From Candidatus Scalindua sp. (GTDB lineage: Bacteria; Planctomycetota; Brocadiia; Brocadiales; Scalinduaceae), in NCBI GenBank assembly GCA_031316235.1, contig JALDRA010000001.1, positions 480,001 through 512,000 on the forward strand: DNA of 32,000 nt. The letters are read 5' to 3'. This document shows, piece by piece, positions 15,191 through 25,064 of this stretch. A program made the translations under genes and the position numbers. The stretch's first letter is position 1. Every line of letters begins with the position of its first letter. A model generated the notes under the pieces. That model made no database searches. It worked only from the letters and a program-made list of their open reading frames with translations, and had not been told where the DNA came from.

Positions 15191-16936
15191 ATGCAGAACG
15201 GTACAATACCAACCAAAGTAAAAAAGAATGGAATTGAATGGACGGTACGTAAAGGGTATGAGGATCTTCAAGACAGGTTTAATCTTACCTGTCTCCATTC
15301 AGCATTACAGAAAATCCCGCATACGATAATAAAAGATACAAAGGTGAGATCTGTTTTTTTTATACCGGACTCAGACACTAATATGAGAGGTATATATGTC
15401 AAGTGTTTCAAGGAGAGAGATTCCAGAGACTTTAACAAATATCTCGATTGCGTCAAGCATCTCTTTGTCAGGACGAAAGCCGAAACAGAATGGAATGTGG
15501 GAAACAGACTGTTAAGCAAGGAGATTAACACTGCACTCCCCCTGGCAATAGCTGAAAACAGGTCGTGGTTTTTCCGGAAAAACAGCATGCTGATTACAGG
15601 GGCCATACCAGATAGTAAATCCCTGATAGATTTTTGTCAATCGAGCTTTCACGACACCCAATCCGAAGAGGCATCCATCAGAAAAAAGAACCTCATCAAT
15701 ACTCTGGCAGAATTTGTCAGAGATATCCACAGTAAGGGGTTCTTTCACAGCGACTTCCATGCAGGTAATATTTTAATACAATTCCACCATGATCATACCG
15801 GGCAGGACCAGCCGTATTCGTTTTATCTGATAGACCTCCACCACGTAAAGATACTGAAGACATTATCAAAACGGAAGATCCTGTACAACCTCGCACAATT
15901 ATTTAATTCACTCTCTTCATCCTTGACACAATATGACAGGAGACAGTTTTTCCAATCGTATGGAAAAGATAGTTTTGGCAAACAGAAAGAGAGGCAGAAA
16001 CTTGTGGACCAGATAGATACAATATCCTGCAGGTTAAGGTTCACCCATTATAAAAGCCGGCTGAAGAGATGTCTGAAAAGAAGCAGTCTCTTTTCAAAGA
16101 GAAAGTTTGACGGTTTCACGATATTTTTCAGAAAGGGCTATGATACGGAATTTTTTTTTGACCTCTTGGAAAAACATGATACGGCTCTGGCACATAAGCT
16201 GTGCGACACAATCCTGAAACAAGACAGAAAGACCATCTTAACCCGGCACCCTTTTCAGGATAAAGAGATCCAGACCGTTGTAGTAAAGCACTATAAATCT
16301 CCTCCCGGGTTTGGTCTCATAAAAAACAGCTTCCGGAAGTCACCGGGAAAGAAAGCCTGGATTTCCGGAAATGGTTTATTACTATATGGATTTGATGCTC
16401 CTCTGCCGCTCACCTTAATAGAAAAAAGGGTACTCGGAGTTGTCACGGACAGCTACCTGATCATGGAAGCAGTCTCTCACTCGCTTGAGATGGACAGATA
16501 TATCGTAAAGAATTTCCACGACCAGGAGGAATCCAGATTACCCGTAATTGTAAAGATGAAAAGAAGTTTTATAGACCAGTTCGCGCAAATCATTGCGAAA
16601 ATGCATAATAAGAGGGTTTTTCATCACGACCTGAAGACCTGTAATATAATGGTAAAGGCCAATTCAGCGTTCGATTTCACTTTCCTCGATTTTGATAAAG
16701 TGACATTCGGGAAAAACGTGCGTATCCGGGAAAGGATAAGGAATTTAACACAGATCAATCTCTCAACTCCAGGGTGTATCACCCTGAAGGATCGACTGAG
16801 ATTTTTAGGGGAATACCTCAGGCAATGTAACTTACAAGAGGCAAAAAGAACCATACGCAATGAAATTTCCGCTATGAGTAAGAGAGAAAAAATACTCTAT
16901 GTTACCGGTAAAGGAGATGTGACGGAAGATTGGTAG
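15191..16936 (+). CDS. protein with two tandem lipopolysaccharide-kinase (Kdo/WaaP/InaA-type) domains
   Basis: Domain 1 has IYVKCFKER..., GFFHSDFHAGNILI and FYLIDLHHV. Domain 2 has VVVKHYKSP..., VFHHDLKTCNIMV and FTFLDFDKV. Both have the catalytic-loop H.D....N and D-[FL]-x metal-loop patterns of this kinase fold. Confidence 0.7.
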   Translation: MQNGTIPTKVKKNGIEWTVRKGYEDLQDRFNLTCLHSALQKIPHTIIKDTKVRSVFFIPDSDTNMRGIYVKCFKERDSRDFNKYLDCVKHLFVRTKAETEWNVGNRLLSKEINTALPLAIAENRSWFFRKNSMLITGAIPDSKSLIDFCQSSFHDTQSEEASIRKKNLINTLAEFVRDIHSKGFFHSDFHAGNILIQFHHDHTGQDQPYSFYLIDLHHVKILKTLSKRKILYNLAQLFNSLSSSLTQYDRRQFFQSYGKDSFGKQKERQKLVDQIDTISCRLRFTHYKSRLKRCLKRSSLFSKRKFDGFTIFFRKGYDTEFFFDLLEKHDTALAHKLCDTILKQDRKTILTRHPFQDKEIQTVVVKHYKSPPGFGLIKNSFRKSPGKKAWISGNGLLLYGFDAPLPLTLIEKRVLGVVTDSYLIMEAVSHSLEMDRYIVKNFHDQEESRLPVIVKMKRSFIDQFAQIIAKMHNKRVFHHDLKTCNIMVKANSAFDFTFLDFDKVTFGKNVRIRERIRNLTQINLSTPGCITLKDRLRFLGEYLRQCNLQEAKRTIRNEISAMSKREKILYVTGKGDVTEDW

Positions 16937-17871
16937 ATATCTCTTTTATAATCGTAAATTGGAATACCCGGGATATCTTGATAAATTGTCTGCATTCAAT
17001 TTATCATACTGCCAAGGATATCGATTTTGAGATCTGTGTTGTCGACAATAACTCGCATGACGGAAGTCAGGAAGCAGTACGCAAACACTTCCCGGATATC
17101 ACCTTAATCGAAAACAGATCAAACACCGGCTTTGCCTATGCAAACAACCAGGCTCTCAGAATTATGGAGGGGAGATTCGCCGTACTCCTCAACAGTGATA
17201 CTGTCCTCAAGGAAGGGGCAATAACTACCCTCCACTCGTTTATGAAAGAGTCACCAGAGACAGGAGTGGCAGGTGTACAGCTCCTGAACGAGGATGGCTC
17301 TAAACAGAATTCAATCGATAATTTCCCCGCCCTGGAGACAGAACTCCTTAACAAAAGTTTCCTCCGTCTCCTGTTCCCGCGCAAATACCCGAGTAAGATC
17401 AGGAACCTTGACAAACCAACAGAGGTGAATTCAGTAATCGGGGCGTGCATAATGGTGCGAAAAGAGGCGATAGATGAGGTTGGAATCCTTGACGATGATT
17501 ACTTTTTCTTTCTTGAAGAGACCGACTGGTGTTTTCGGATGCTCAGGAAAGGATGGAAGGTGCACCATGTCCCATCTGTCAGAGTTCTTCATCTTGCAGG
17601 ACACAGCAAAAAAAAGGTTCCCTGGCAGGCACAGATAGAGTATTATCGTTCTCTCTATCTGTTTTTCAGGAAAAACAGAGGTTTTGGCTCATACATGATC
17701 CTCCGGGTACTTAAACCTTTTAAGGTCTTCATAAACCTTGCCCTGATCTTTCTTGGAAACCTGATATTACTGTTTCAAAACGAAGGGCAAAGAAACAAAC
17801 TGGTAAGATACTATAAATTATTCATATGGCATTTACTTTTCTGCCCTGAGAGCATGGGTATTCGGAGGTAA
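16930..17871 (+). CDS. family 2 glycosyltransferase
   Basis: ISFIIVNWNTRDILINCLHSI...ICVVDNNSHDGSQEAV...ENRSNTGFAYANNQAL...LLNSDT is a classic GT2 N-terminus. The only plausible start is TTG 16930, with AAGGAG at 16910-16915. It overlaps the upstream stop (16934-16936) by 7 nt. Confidence 0.85.
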   Translation: MVDISFIIVNWNTRDILINCLHSIYHTAKDIDFEICVVDNNSHDGSQEAVRKHFPDITLIENRSNTGFAYANNQALRIMEGRFAVLLNSDTVLKEGAITTLHSFMKESPETGVAGVQLLNEDGSKQNSIDNFPALETELLNKSFLRLLFPRKYPSKIRNLDKPTEVNSVIGACIMVRKEAIDEVGILDDDYFFFLEETDWCFRMLRKGWKVHHVPSVRVLHLAGHSKKKVPWQAQIEYYRSLYLFFRKNRGFGSYMILRVLKPFKVFINLALIFLGNLILLFQNEGQRNKLVRYYKLFIWHLLFCPESMGIRR

Positions 17872-17982
17872 TATACTCACCTTATACTGGATTTCGGATA
17901 AAATCCGGGAAAAAACTGGGCGGGAAAGTCCTCGGCGTTTTCTGTCCGGGGATACCAGCAACCAGGCTTTGGTTTTAGAATA
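17872..17982 (+). mobile_element. MITE-like repeat, diverged copy A
   Basis: TA|TACTCACCTTATACTGGATTTCGGATAAAATCCGGGAAAAAACTGGGCGGG...ACCAGGCTTTGGTTTTAGAA|TA. It shares both ends and the TCGGAT-aaa-ATCCG palindrome with copies B and E, and starts 1 nt after the GT2 stop codon. ORF 17877..18143(-) across it is rejected. Confidence 0.6.
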
Positions 17983-17993
17983 GCAGAAAGACT

Positions 17994-18911
17994 ATGGGAC
18001 AGATGGATACTATCAAAAAATATATCCTGGGCACATCGCCCTTTGGTGCCTTCAAATATGGTTATAAAGACGAGGCGGAGGCATATGCAGAATCGAGGGT
18101 CGTCGTTGTCGGTGTACCCTACGACGGAACAACAACCTTTCAACCAGGTACCAGAAACGGACCAAGCTGTATCTTACACGCATCCCCAAACCTTGAGCAC
18201 TACGATAAAGACCTGGGGAACATCTTTGAAATAGGAATATATACTGCAGGAATCGTAGATATTGAAGACATACACGTAAATCCCGAAGATGTCATTAACA
18301 GGGTTTATGAAGTCAGCAGAAAGTATATTTCAGATGACAAATTCCTGGTTACCATAGGAGGTGAACACTCTGTGACACAGGGGTGCGTAAGGGCGTACAG
18401 AGAAAAATATGAAAATCTGTCAGTTCTCCAACTCGATGCACATCACGATCTCATGGAAAAATACGGAGGTTCGAGATACAGCCATGCCAGTGTGGCCAGG
18501 AGACTCATCGATATGGGGTGCAGCCTGACACAGTTTGGTATACGTGTTACGTCTGAGGAAGAGCATCATTATATAAACAACAAAGCTGAGGGTCTCATGA
18601 TATTTTACGCTCAGGAGATCTACAATAATACCCGCTGGCACGAAGAGGCGATCGATTCATTAAAAGACAACGTTTACCTGACACTGGACCTTGACGGACT
18701 TGACCCCTCCATAATGCCTTCGACAGGTACACCTGTTCCGGGCGGACTTGGCTGGTACGAAACCCTCAATTTTCTCAGAAAGGTATATGAAGCCAGAAAA
18801 GTCGTCGGCCTTGACGTTATGGAGCTCCAGCCAATCCCGGGAAATGAGTCGCCGAATTTCCTCGCAGCCGATCTGATCTACAAGAATATAGGGTTTTTAA
18901 AGAAATATTAA
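17994..18911 (+). CDS. speB: agmatinase (arginase/ureohydrolase family)
   Basis: VVVGVPYDGTTTFQPGTRNGP, TIGGEHSVT, LQLDAHHDL, YLTLDLDGLDPSIMPSTGTPVPGGL and VGLDVMEL are the full set of ureohydrolase Mn-binding motifs in agmatinase-like spacing. An alternative start is ATG 18003. Confidence 0.85.
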   Translation: MGQMDTIKKYILGTSPFGAFKYGYKDEAEAYAESRVVVVGVPYDGTTTFQPGTRNGPSCILHASPNLEHYDKDLGNIFEIGIYTAGIVDIEDIHVNPEDVINRVYEVSRKYISDDKFLVTIGGEHSVTQGCVRAYREKYENLSVLQLDAHHDLMEKYGGSRYSHASVARRLIDMGCSLTQFGIRVTSEEEHHYINNKAEGLMIFYAQEIYNNTRWHEEAIDSLKDNVYLTLDLDGLDPSIMPSTGTPVPGGLGWYETLNFLRKVYEARKVVGLDVMELQPIPGNESPNFLAADLIYKNIGFLKKY

Positions 18912-18983
18912 GTACTGTGGAATACTCTGAAATAACGGCGCTCACCCTGAGACACTGCGGAAATCATTTTAGCAGATACATGG

Positions 18984-19433
18984 TTACCCTGCGTCTGCCT
19001 TTAGTTGATCAGCAACTGACTTATTCAATATCTTTTGCGCTTCGATAAGCTTTTTATATTTAGATTCAATTTTTGCAAGATTTTTTGACCGCACTGCGGC
19101 AAGCAGGTCACCTTCGATTTCCGCGACTTCAATTCTTTTGTAATAATCCATAGTTTCCTTAAGATGCGCCAGGACAATCTTCCCCGTCAGGACAGGATGG
19201 TTGTTGGTAACATTTGCTTCTTCATACCGCGTACCGTGCTCCAATTCAACTTCCAGTCCCTGTCTAAAATCCTCAAGAGCGATATCCATATTTGAGATAT
19301 TCACCGATTTTAAGATTACCGCAGATTCTTCTTCGGTAACTACCGGATCAGTTATTGCAGTCCAATCTCTCAAACCAAGTTCCCTGCATACTCTTTGCAC
19401 CTCTTCAGTTGATACATATTCAGTCTTGGGCAT
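18984..19433 (-). CDS. small conserved protein of unknown function (LEVELEHG...AHLKE..DYY motif; resembles what I recall as DUF5661)
   Basis: I prefer ATG 19433, with AAGGAG 6 nt upstream, over the TTG 19439 of the track. The motif GLEVELEHGTRYEEANVTNNHPVLTGKIVLAHLKETMDYYKRI is followed by a coiled-coil-like tail. The family name is from memory and unverified. Confidence 0.55.
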   Translation of the reverse strand: MPKTEYVSTEEVQRVCRELGLRDWTAITDPVVTEEESAVILKSVNISNMDIALEDFRQGLEVELEHGTRYEEANVTNNHPVLTGKIVLAHLKETMDYYKRIEVAEIEGDLLAAVRSKNLAKIESKYKKLIEAQKILNKSVADQLKADAG

Positions 19434-19655
19434 TATCAACTCCTTTCTTGTTCATTGAACGATAAGATTTAAGAGGCTTTCTCTGCAGTAAACCTCTTTC
19501 TTAACAACTGCCTTTTACCGGAATATACTTCCTCAGAATCAAAGCTCATGAAAAAATGACATCCGTACATTCCACTCACCTGAGCGTAATAAAATACATT
19601 TTAGAAAGCAAGGTAAAATTCTCCGCAACCGATATCTATTCTGTAATATATACTC

Positions 19656-19684
19656 TTGACTAATGTATCTATATTACCTATGAT
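19656..19684 (+). promoter_or_regulatory. sigma70-like promoter upstream of the cytochrome c peroxidase gene
   Basis: TTGACT (19656-19661), a 17-nt spacer, then TATGAT (19679-19684), about 95 nt upstream of ATG 19780. Confidence 0.4.
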
Positions 19685-19779
19685 CAATATTGAGGTTCCG
19701 GGTGAAAGTGACAACCATTTTTTACGGCAGTATTTTGAAAGGACATAAGTTACTTATTAATCTTTTTAAGGAGTACAGT

Positions 19780-20895
19780 ATGAGCAGAGTTAAATTTGGT
19801 ACTATTTTCGGTGTTGTGGCGTTTGCCACTATCACCCTTACCGTAAACCCATATAGTATGGTTAGAGCATCGGAGGCCCAGAAAAGTCTTAAAGAGAATC
19901 AGATTGGTTACGGGAGAGGCGGAAGGGTTCAGGCCGGATCCCCATCTAAAAATTCAGAGGAACCTATCCAGCCAATACCACTCAGCTTTGACTATGACAG
20001 GGACAAGGTTGAATTAGGCAAGAAGCTGTTTTTTGATCCCAGGCTGTCAAAATCCGGCTGGATCTCCTGTAACTCCTGCCATAATATTGGAACAGGCGGT
20101 GCCGACAATCTGCCAACCTCGATTGGACATAAATGGTTTTTCGGCCCCATAAACTCTCCGACCGTTCTTAACTCGAAGTTTAATCTTGCCCAGTTCTGGG
20201 ACGGCCGTGCAAAGGACCTGCAGGAGCAGGCAGGGGGACCGATAGCAAACCCTCTTGAAATGGCTTCAAACCATGAGCTTGCGATTGAAATATTACAGTC
20301 AATACCACAATATGTGCAATGGTTTGAGGAGGTATACGGAGCGAAAGAGCTGTATGGAAACGGTAAAATAGACATTCTTAACGTGACTGATGCAATTGCA
20401 GCATTTGAGGAGACACTAACCACACCTGGATCCAGCTTTGATCATTGGCTAAACGGTTACGATAACGCTATCTCAGACTCTGAAAAGGAGGGATACCGCT
20501 TATTTAAGGAAAAGGGCTGTATCACCTGCCATAACGGTGTAGGGGTAGGCGGTAACTCTTACCAGAAATTCGGTCTCGCCAGGCCCTATGATAAAGACAC
20601 GCACACACTGGGTAGATATAATGTAACAAAAGACGAGAAAGACAAGTACGTATTCAAGGTTCCGCTGCTCAGAAATATCGAACTCACGGCTCCCTATTTT
20701 CATGACGCGAGCACATGGGATTTAAGCGAGGCGGTAAAGGTCATGTCTGAATATCAACTCGGAAGTTCGTTATCTGATGATGAAACAGGCAAGATTGTTG
20801 CGTTCTTGAAGACCTTGACGGGAGAACAGCCTGAAATCGTTTTTCCCATTCTCCCCCCTTCAACTATCGCAACTCCACAACCAAACAGAAATTAA
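19780..20895 (+). CDS. ccp: di-haem cytochrome c peroxidase (CCP/MauG family), secreted
   Basis: I prefer ATG 19780 (AAGGAG 6 nt upstream), which gives the signal peptide MSRVKFGTIFGVVAFATITLTV. There are two CxxCH haem motifs (CNSCHNIG, CITCHNG), and GKKLFFDPRLS, FWDGRA..L..QA.GP..NP.EM, FKVPLLRNIELTAPYFHD fit the family. Confidence 0.9.
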   Translation: MSRVKFGTIFGVVAFATITLTVNPYSMVRASEAQKSLKENQIGYGRGGRVQAGSPSKNSEEPIQPIPLSFDYDRDKVELGKKLFFDPRLSKSGWISCNSCHNIGTGGADNLPTSIGHKWFFGPINSPTVLNSKFNLAQFWDGRAKDLQEQAGGPIANPLEMASNHELAIEILQSIPQYVQWFEEVYGAKELYGNGKIDILNVTDAIAAFEETLTTPGSSFDHWLNGYDNAISDSEKEGYRLFKEKGCITCHNGVGVGGNSYQKFGLARPYDKDTHTLGRYNVTKDEKDKYVFKVPLLRNIELTAPYFHDASTWDLSEAVKVMSEYQLGSSLSDDETGKIVAFLKTLTGEQPEIVFPILPPSTIATPQPNRN

Positions 20896-20932
20896 CCACA
20901 TGCTGTGCGCATCGTGTGTTGAGATCCAGTGA

Positions 20933-20967
20933 AATGGGTACTGTTGATTACTCAACAAGTACCCATT
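20933..20967 (+). terminator. long hairpin downstream of ccp (no U-tract)
   Basis: AATGGGTACTGTTGA-ttac-TCAACAAGTACCCATT forms a 15-bp stem with one bulged A. It is not followed by a T-run, so terminator function is uncertain. Confidence 0.3.
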
Positions 20968-20990
20968 CAGATGAACAGGTTTAATTACCG

Positions 20991-21019
20991 GGCAATCCTG
21001 ACCGCTGGTCAGGGTTGCC
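20991..21019 (+). terminator. second GC-rich hairpin downstream of ccp (no U-tract)
   Basis: GGCAATCCTGACC-gct-GGTCAGGGTTGCC forms a 13-bp stem with one G-T pair. Confidence 0.3.
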
Positions 21020-21181
21020 GTAAGTAAACCTGACCAAAATTACCTGATTCTCAAATGAAACTGGCAAAGTACCGCATGAACAAATGATGCAGATCTGAAT
21101 AACTTCCCATGGCACTGCAAAAACAGTCTGTTTGTTTATTCCCGGAAAGATCATACTCCTTGAACGGAAAAGGAAATTTTA

Positions 21182-22183
21182 TTGAGAACCATACACAAAT
21201 CAATAGCAGGTAAGAACAAACCGGAGAATCAGGACTCTTTTCTCGTAGATGAAAAGGAGGGCATTTTCATTATTGCTGACGGAATGAGCGGCTGGAATGG
21301 CAGGAATGCCAGTACTACAGCCATACACTCTATTTTCAAATCGTTACCGTTACTGCTGAACAGTCGCATGAAGAGTGATGCAATGAGTGCCGCCCTGAAA
21401 ATATCATTAAAAGAAGCAGACAAAGAGGTAACTTCATTACAGGAAAGATCGGGAACTACTATTGATATCGGCATTATACGGGATGAAGTCTTTCACCTGG
21501 CACATATTGGTGATAGCCGCGTTTATCTCCTGTATGAAAATCTCAATTTTGAGCAGGTCACCAACGATATGGCAAGACCTCAATCTTTATACCACGGGAG
21601 AGAACCGCAGGATGAGATAGAAAAAAAGATCCTTTCGCTCACCAAGAGCTATATGCCGTCCAATTGGATCGGAGATCACGATTCCGGGCACGAAAAACTT
21701 TTTCAATTTGAAAGCATACCCCTCCTGGACGTAAGAAGGATATTGATGACAACTGACGGCCTGACAGACCTCACCCTCGACAATGAGATCAGGGAGGCCT
21801 TACTCACGAGGAACCTGCAGGATGCCTCAGACAAATTAGAGTCATACATCGGGTATCCAAATAAAATAAGTGAGACATTTATCACCCATCTTGAATTCTT
21901 TCTTGAAAACCACCTCAAAGAGCAGAGTATTTTATCCATGCTCGATCCCATTTTTAATCAGTTCAGTAATAACGCCAATATGAGAAAAATGAGGGAGCAT
22001 TATAAAAACAGTCTCATCACCGATGAAAGGCACAGAGAGTTCATTCTTGGTTATTTCAAAAAATTTCCAGAGACAAAAGACTGCTTCCTCGGCTACCTGA
22101 ATAATCTGCTGAGTTTTAGTGATGATACTACTTTTATTATCATTGAACCGAATGGAGAAAATTTCAGACAAAGCCTGAAATGA
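21182..22183 (+). CDS. PP2C-family (PPM) Ser/Thr phosphatase with an uncharacterised ~120-aa C-terminal extension
   Basis: KPENQDSFLVDEKEGIFIIADGMSGWNG, HLAHIGDSRVYLL and ILMTTDGLTDL are PPM motifs. It uses a TTG start at 21182. I do not recognise the C-terminal part (from ~aa 210). Confidence 0.7.
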   Translation: MRTIHKSIAGKNKPENQDSFLVDEKEGIFIIADGMSGWNGRNASTTAIHSIFKSLPLLLNSRMKSDAMSAALKISLKEADKEVTSLQERSGTTIDIGIIRDEVFHLAHIGDSRVYLLYENLNFEQVTNDMARPQSLYHGREPQDEIEKKILSLTKSYMPSNWIGDHDSGHEKLFQFESIPLLDVRRILMTTDGLTDLTLDNEIREALLTRNLQDASDKLESYIGYPNKISETFITHLEFFLENHLKEQSILSMLDPIFNQFSNNANMRKMREHYKNSLITDERHREFILGYFKKFPETKDCFLGYLNNLLSFSDDTTFIIIEPNGENFRQSLK

Positions 22184-22188
22184 GTTCA

Positions 22189-22330
22189 TATACTCATCTC
22201 ATACTGGATTTCGGATACAATCCGAGATAAAATTGAGCGAGTATACCTTCACCAGGATTTGGTTTCCAGCCCGCCCAGCCTGTCAGCCGTTCGGACGGGT
22301 AAAACCGGAAACCAAATCGGTTTTAGTATA
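22189..22330 (+). mobile_element. MITE-like repeat, copy B (long form)
   Basis: TA|TACTCATCTCATACTGGATTTCGGATACAATCCGAGATAAAATTGAGCGAGTATACCTTCACCAGGATTTGGTTTCC[30-nt insert]GGTAAAACCGGAAACCAAATCGGTTTTAGTA|TA. It starts 6 nt after the PP2C stop. ORF 22249..22461(-) across it is rejected. Confidence 0.75.
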
Positions 22331-22457
22331 TCTACCCATTGTAAAATGATCTTTGGAATTTGAGGGCATGTGTCTTCGTGAAATACAGATTTTCCGATTG
22401 AACAAAACCGCAGGCTCAGTAATAGCCCGGTAGCGTAAGAAAAAGAGTCAGCAAAAA

Positions 22458-24203
22458 TCACAAAATAGACTTCTCTCTCTTCTCACTCTTTTGCACCTTT
22501 GCCCAGGTATCACGGAGTGTTACCGTTCGATTAAAAACAAGTGAAGCATCTTTAGTATCGGGATCCACACAAAAATAGCCAAGCCTTTCAAATTGAAACC
22601 TCTCAAGTGGTTTTGCTTCTCCCAAACTCGGTTCTACCATGCAGCCGGAAAGAACTTTGAGCGAATTCAAATCCAGATTTGATGTGAAATCACTTCCTTC
22701 TGCAACGTCTTCTGGTCGTTCCCGGGTAAAAAGATGTTCATATAATCTGACTTCAGCCTTTTTTGCCCGGGCGGCAGATACCCAGTGAAGTGTCGATTTG
22801 ACCTTACGTCCGTCAGGAGCATTACCTCCACGTGTAGCCGGGTCATAGGTGCAGTGCAGTTCAACAATCTGTCCATGTTCATCCTTAACGACATCAGTAC
22901 AGGTAACAAAATATGCATAACGCAATCTAACTTCACTGCCAGGTGACAGACGAAAAAACTTCCGGGGAGGATCTTCCATGAAATCATCCTGCTCGATATA
23001 CAACACCTTTGAAAACGGCACCCTCCTCATACCAGCACTAGCGTCACCTGGATTATTAACGGCGTCCATCCACTCAACCTCGTTTTCCGGAAAGTTGTCT
23101 ATAACAACTTTTAATGGACATAACACTGCCATTACCCGGCGAGATGTGCTGTTGAGATCCTCCCTCAAACAGTGTTCCAGCAAGGCAATATCAATCGTGC
23201 TGTTAAATTTGTTAACACCAATGCGTCTACAGAATGTACGAATGGACTCAGGAGTATAACCCCGTCTCCGCATGCCGCAAATAGTCGGCATTCGAGGATC
23301 ATCCCACCCTTTCACGTGCCCCTCCTCTACCAACTGCAAAAGTTTCCGTTTACTCATAATGGTATAAGTAAGTTCCAGACGGGCGAATTCGATCTGTTGG
23401 GGATGATGAACTTCAAGCTGATCGAGATACCAGTCGTATAATGGCCGGTGATTCTCAAATTCTAAGGTACAGATTGAATGGGTAACACCTTCGAGAGAGT
23501 CCTCCAGACCATGGGCCCAATCATATGTGGGATAGATGCACCATTTACTACCGGTTCGAAAATGGACAGCATGGATAATACGGTACATAACAGGATCTCG
23601 CATATTGAGATTGGGTGATTTCATATCGATCTTTGCCCGAAGGACCCGGGACCCTTCTTCAAACTCACCATTCCTCATTCTCCCCAGAAGATCCAGGTTC
23701 TCCTCAACACTGCGGCTGCGAAAAGGACTCTCTCTGCCAGGTGTTGTCAATGTTCCTCGGTACTCACTGAATTGTTCAAAAGTTAAATCACAGACATATG
23801 CACGGCCCTTTTTTACCAGAATCACTGCGTATTCGTACATCTTCTCAAAATAGTCAGACGCGTAAAAGAGATTTTCACCCCAATCCCAACCCAACCACCG
23901 GATATCTTCCTGGATCGAGTCCGCATACCTTGCTTCCTCCGTAACAGGGTTGGTATCGTCAAACCTCAGATGGCAGCGGCCTCCGCTGTTTTCCGCTGCA
24001 ATACCAAAACTGAGACAGATTGCCTTACCATGACCGATATGGAGATAGCCATTCGGCTCCGGAGGAAACCTCGTTATTACCTTACCCCCCCATCTGCCTG
24101 TTTTTATATCGTCGGCAACCTTTGTCCTGATAAAGTCCACAGAGGGTCCTTTACCTTTACCATTTCCACTGTCACTCTCCTGTTTGTTGTTTTCAGATTT
24201 CAT
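22458..24203 (-). CDS. glnS: glutaminyl-tRNA synthetase
   Basis: [46 protein letters not shown]...HLRFDDTNP (HIGH motif), TIMSKRKL (KMSKS-type motif), and full-length class I GlnRS architecture at 581 aa. Confidence 0.95.
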   Translation of the reverse strand: MKSENNKQESDSGNGKGKGPSVDFIRTKVADDIKTGRWGGKVITRFPPEPNGYLHIGHGKAICLSFGIAAENSGGRCHLRFDDTNPVTEEARYADSIQEDIRWLGWDWGENLFYASDYFEKMYEYAVILVKKGRAYVCDLTFEQFSEYRGTLTTPGRESPFRSRSVEENLDLLGRMRNGEFEEGSRVLRAKIDMKSPNLNMRDPVMYRIIHAVHFRTGSKWCIYPTYDWAHGLEDSLEGVTHSICTLEFENHRPLYDWYLDQLEVHHPQQIEFARLELTYTIMSKRKLLQLVEEGHVKGWDDPRMPTICGMRRRGYTPESIRTFCRRIGVNKFNSTIDIALLEHCLREDLNSTSRRVMAVLCPLKVVIDNFPENEVEWMDAVNNPGDASAGMRRVPFSKVLYIEQDDFMEDPPRKFFRLSPGSEVRLRYAYFVTCTDVVKDEHGQIVELHCTYDPATRGGNAPDGRKVKSTLHWVSAARAKKAEVRLYEHLFTRERPEDVAEGSDFTSNLDLNSLKVLSGCMVEPSLGEAKPLERFQFERLGYFCVDPDTKDASLVFNRTVTLRDTWAKVQKSEKREKSIL

Positions 24204-24258
24204 TTATTTCTCCTTTATACTTAACCCAGCGAATTGGGCAACTACACTATCGTTCTTA

Positions 24259-24287
24259 TATACTCATTTCATATTGGTTTTAGTATA
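24259..24287 (+). mobile_element. MITE-like repeat, minimal copy C (ends only)
   Basis: TA|TACTCATTTCATATTGGTTTTAGTA|TA is the family 5' end joined directly to the 3' end. It lies 56-84 nt upstream of the glnS start codon. Confidence 0.55.
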
Positions 24288-24445
24288 ACCACATCTACAT
24301 TTCTGCCATTAATTCTCACCATATTGTGGCCACATGAATGGATAACGCTTTGCATGCACCAGTTTCTACCCCAGCCTGTACCAGTACGCGGGGAAAACGG
24401 TTACATTCGGACGGGAGGATGGAAACTGAGTTCAGCTTAATGTGC

Positions 24446-24826
24446 TTACACACGAAACTGTTTGATTTCTAAATCTGGTATAATTCTATAATGCTTTGTA
24501 TTTCCTGTATATAATATTTCATTGGTCTCTACTGTTGATGCAGCAATTAAGACATCAGATAAACATACATCGACCTTAAGGCCATATTGTTCCATATATA
24601 TAATTGCTCTATGGCCAATATTTTCACTTAGAGGTATTACTTCAAATGAATAGTCAGATATGAAGTGGCGTATCTGTTTACTCTCTTGTTTGCTTTTTAC
24701 ACCTTGAAACAATTCTAAATAGGTAATTGTTGAAATCTTTCTTAAATCTTCATTTTCAATTACATGAGCAGCTTTCTCATTACCTCTCAGAAACCATATC
24801 AATATGTCTGTATCAAAGATCATCAA
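24446..24826 (-). CDS. vapC: PIN-domain toxin, type II TA system
   Basis: MMIFDTDILIWFLRGNEKA...TYLELFQG...DVLIAASTVETNEILYTGNTKHY shows the PIN acidic residues (D5/D7, E, D, N-T-K-H tail) typical of VapC. It overlaps the upstream antitoxin gene by 11-14 nt. Confidence 0.85.
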   Translation of the reverse strand: MMIFDTDILIWFLRGNEKAAHVIENEDLRKISTITYLELFQGVKSKQESKQIRHFISDYSFEVIPLSENIGHRAIIYMEQYGLKVDVCLSDVLIAASTVETNEILYTGNTKHYRIIPDLEIKQFRV

Positions 24827-25064
24827 TCCTTCCTTTTCGTAACTTCCTTACATACTCATCAACATTTTTGATATCATCACGATTTTTCCAAATACCGTAT
24901 GCAGGATGTTCTTTGATTGGTTTTTCTTTATTGGCTCTTTTCTTTATTGGAACGAGAACCCCCTTCTTTTTCCCCCGGTAAAGAATAGTTACTGATTCAT
25001 TTCGATCCAGAGCTTTTATCACTTCACTCATTTTTCGTCTCAAATCTACTATAGATGCCTCCAT
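24813..25064 (-). CDS. Phd/YefM-type antitoxin partner of VapC
   Basis: I prefer ATG 25064 (AAGGGGG 8 nt upstream), which gives the 83-aa MEASIVDLRRKMSEVIKALDRNESVTILYRGKKKGVLVP...AYGIWKNRDDIKNVDEYVRKLRKGR. The upstream 42 codons of the track ORF have no support. Confidence 0.75.
   Translation of the reverse strand: MEASIVDLRRKMSEVIKALDRNESVTILYRGKKKGVLVPIKKRANKEKPIKEHPAYGIWKNRDDIKNVDEYVRKLRKGRIDDL

Noticed and set aside
17877-18143. Track ORFs 17877..18143 (-), 22249..22461 (-), 24234..24440 (+) and 30335..30544 (-)
   Set aside because: They run through MITE copies or intergenic sequence, lack start signals, and the first overlaps the well-supported agmatinase start.
20896-21181. Small RNA or riboswitch between ccp and the PP2C gene
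   Set aside because: There are two strong hairpins, but I recognise no known riboswitch consensus. I kept them only as low-confidence terminator-like hairpins.
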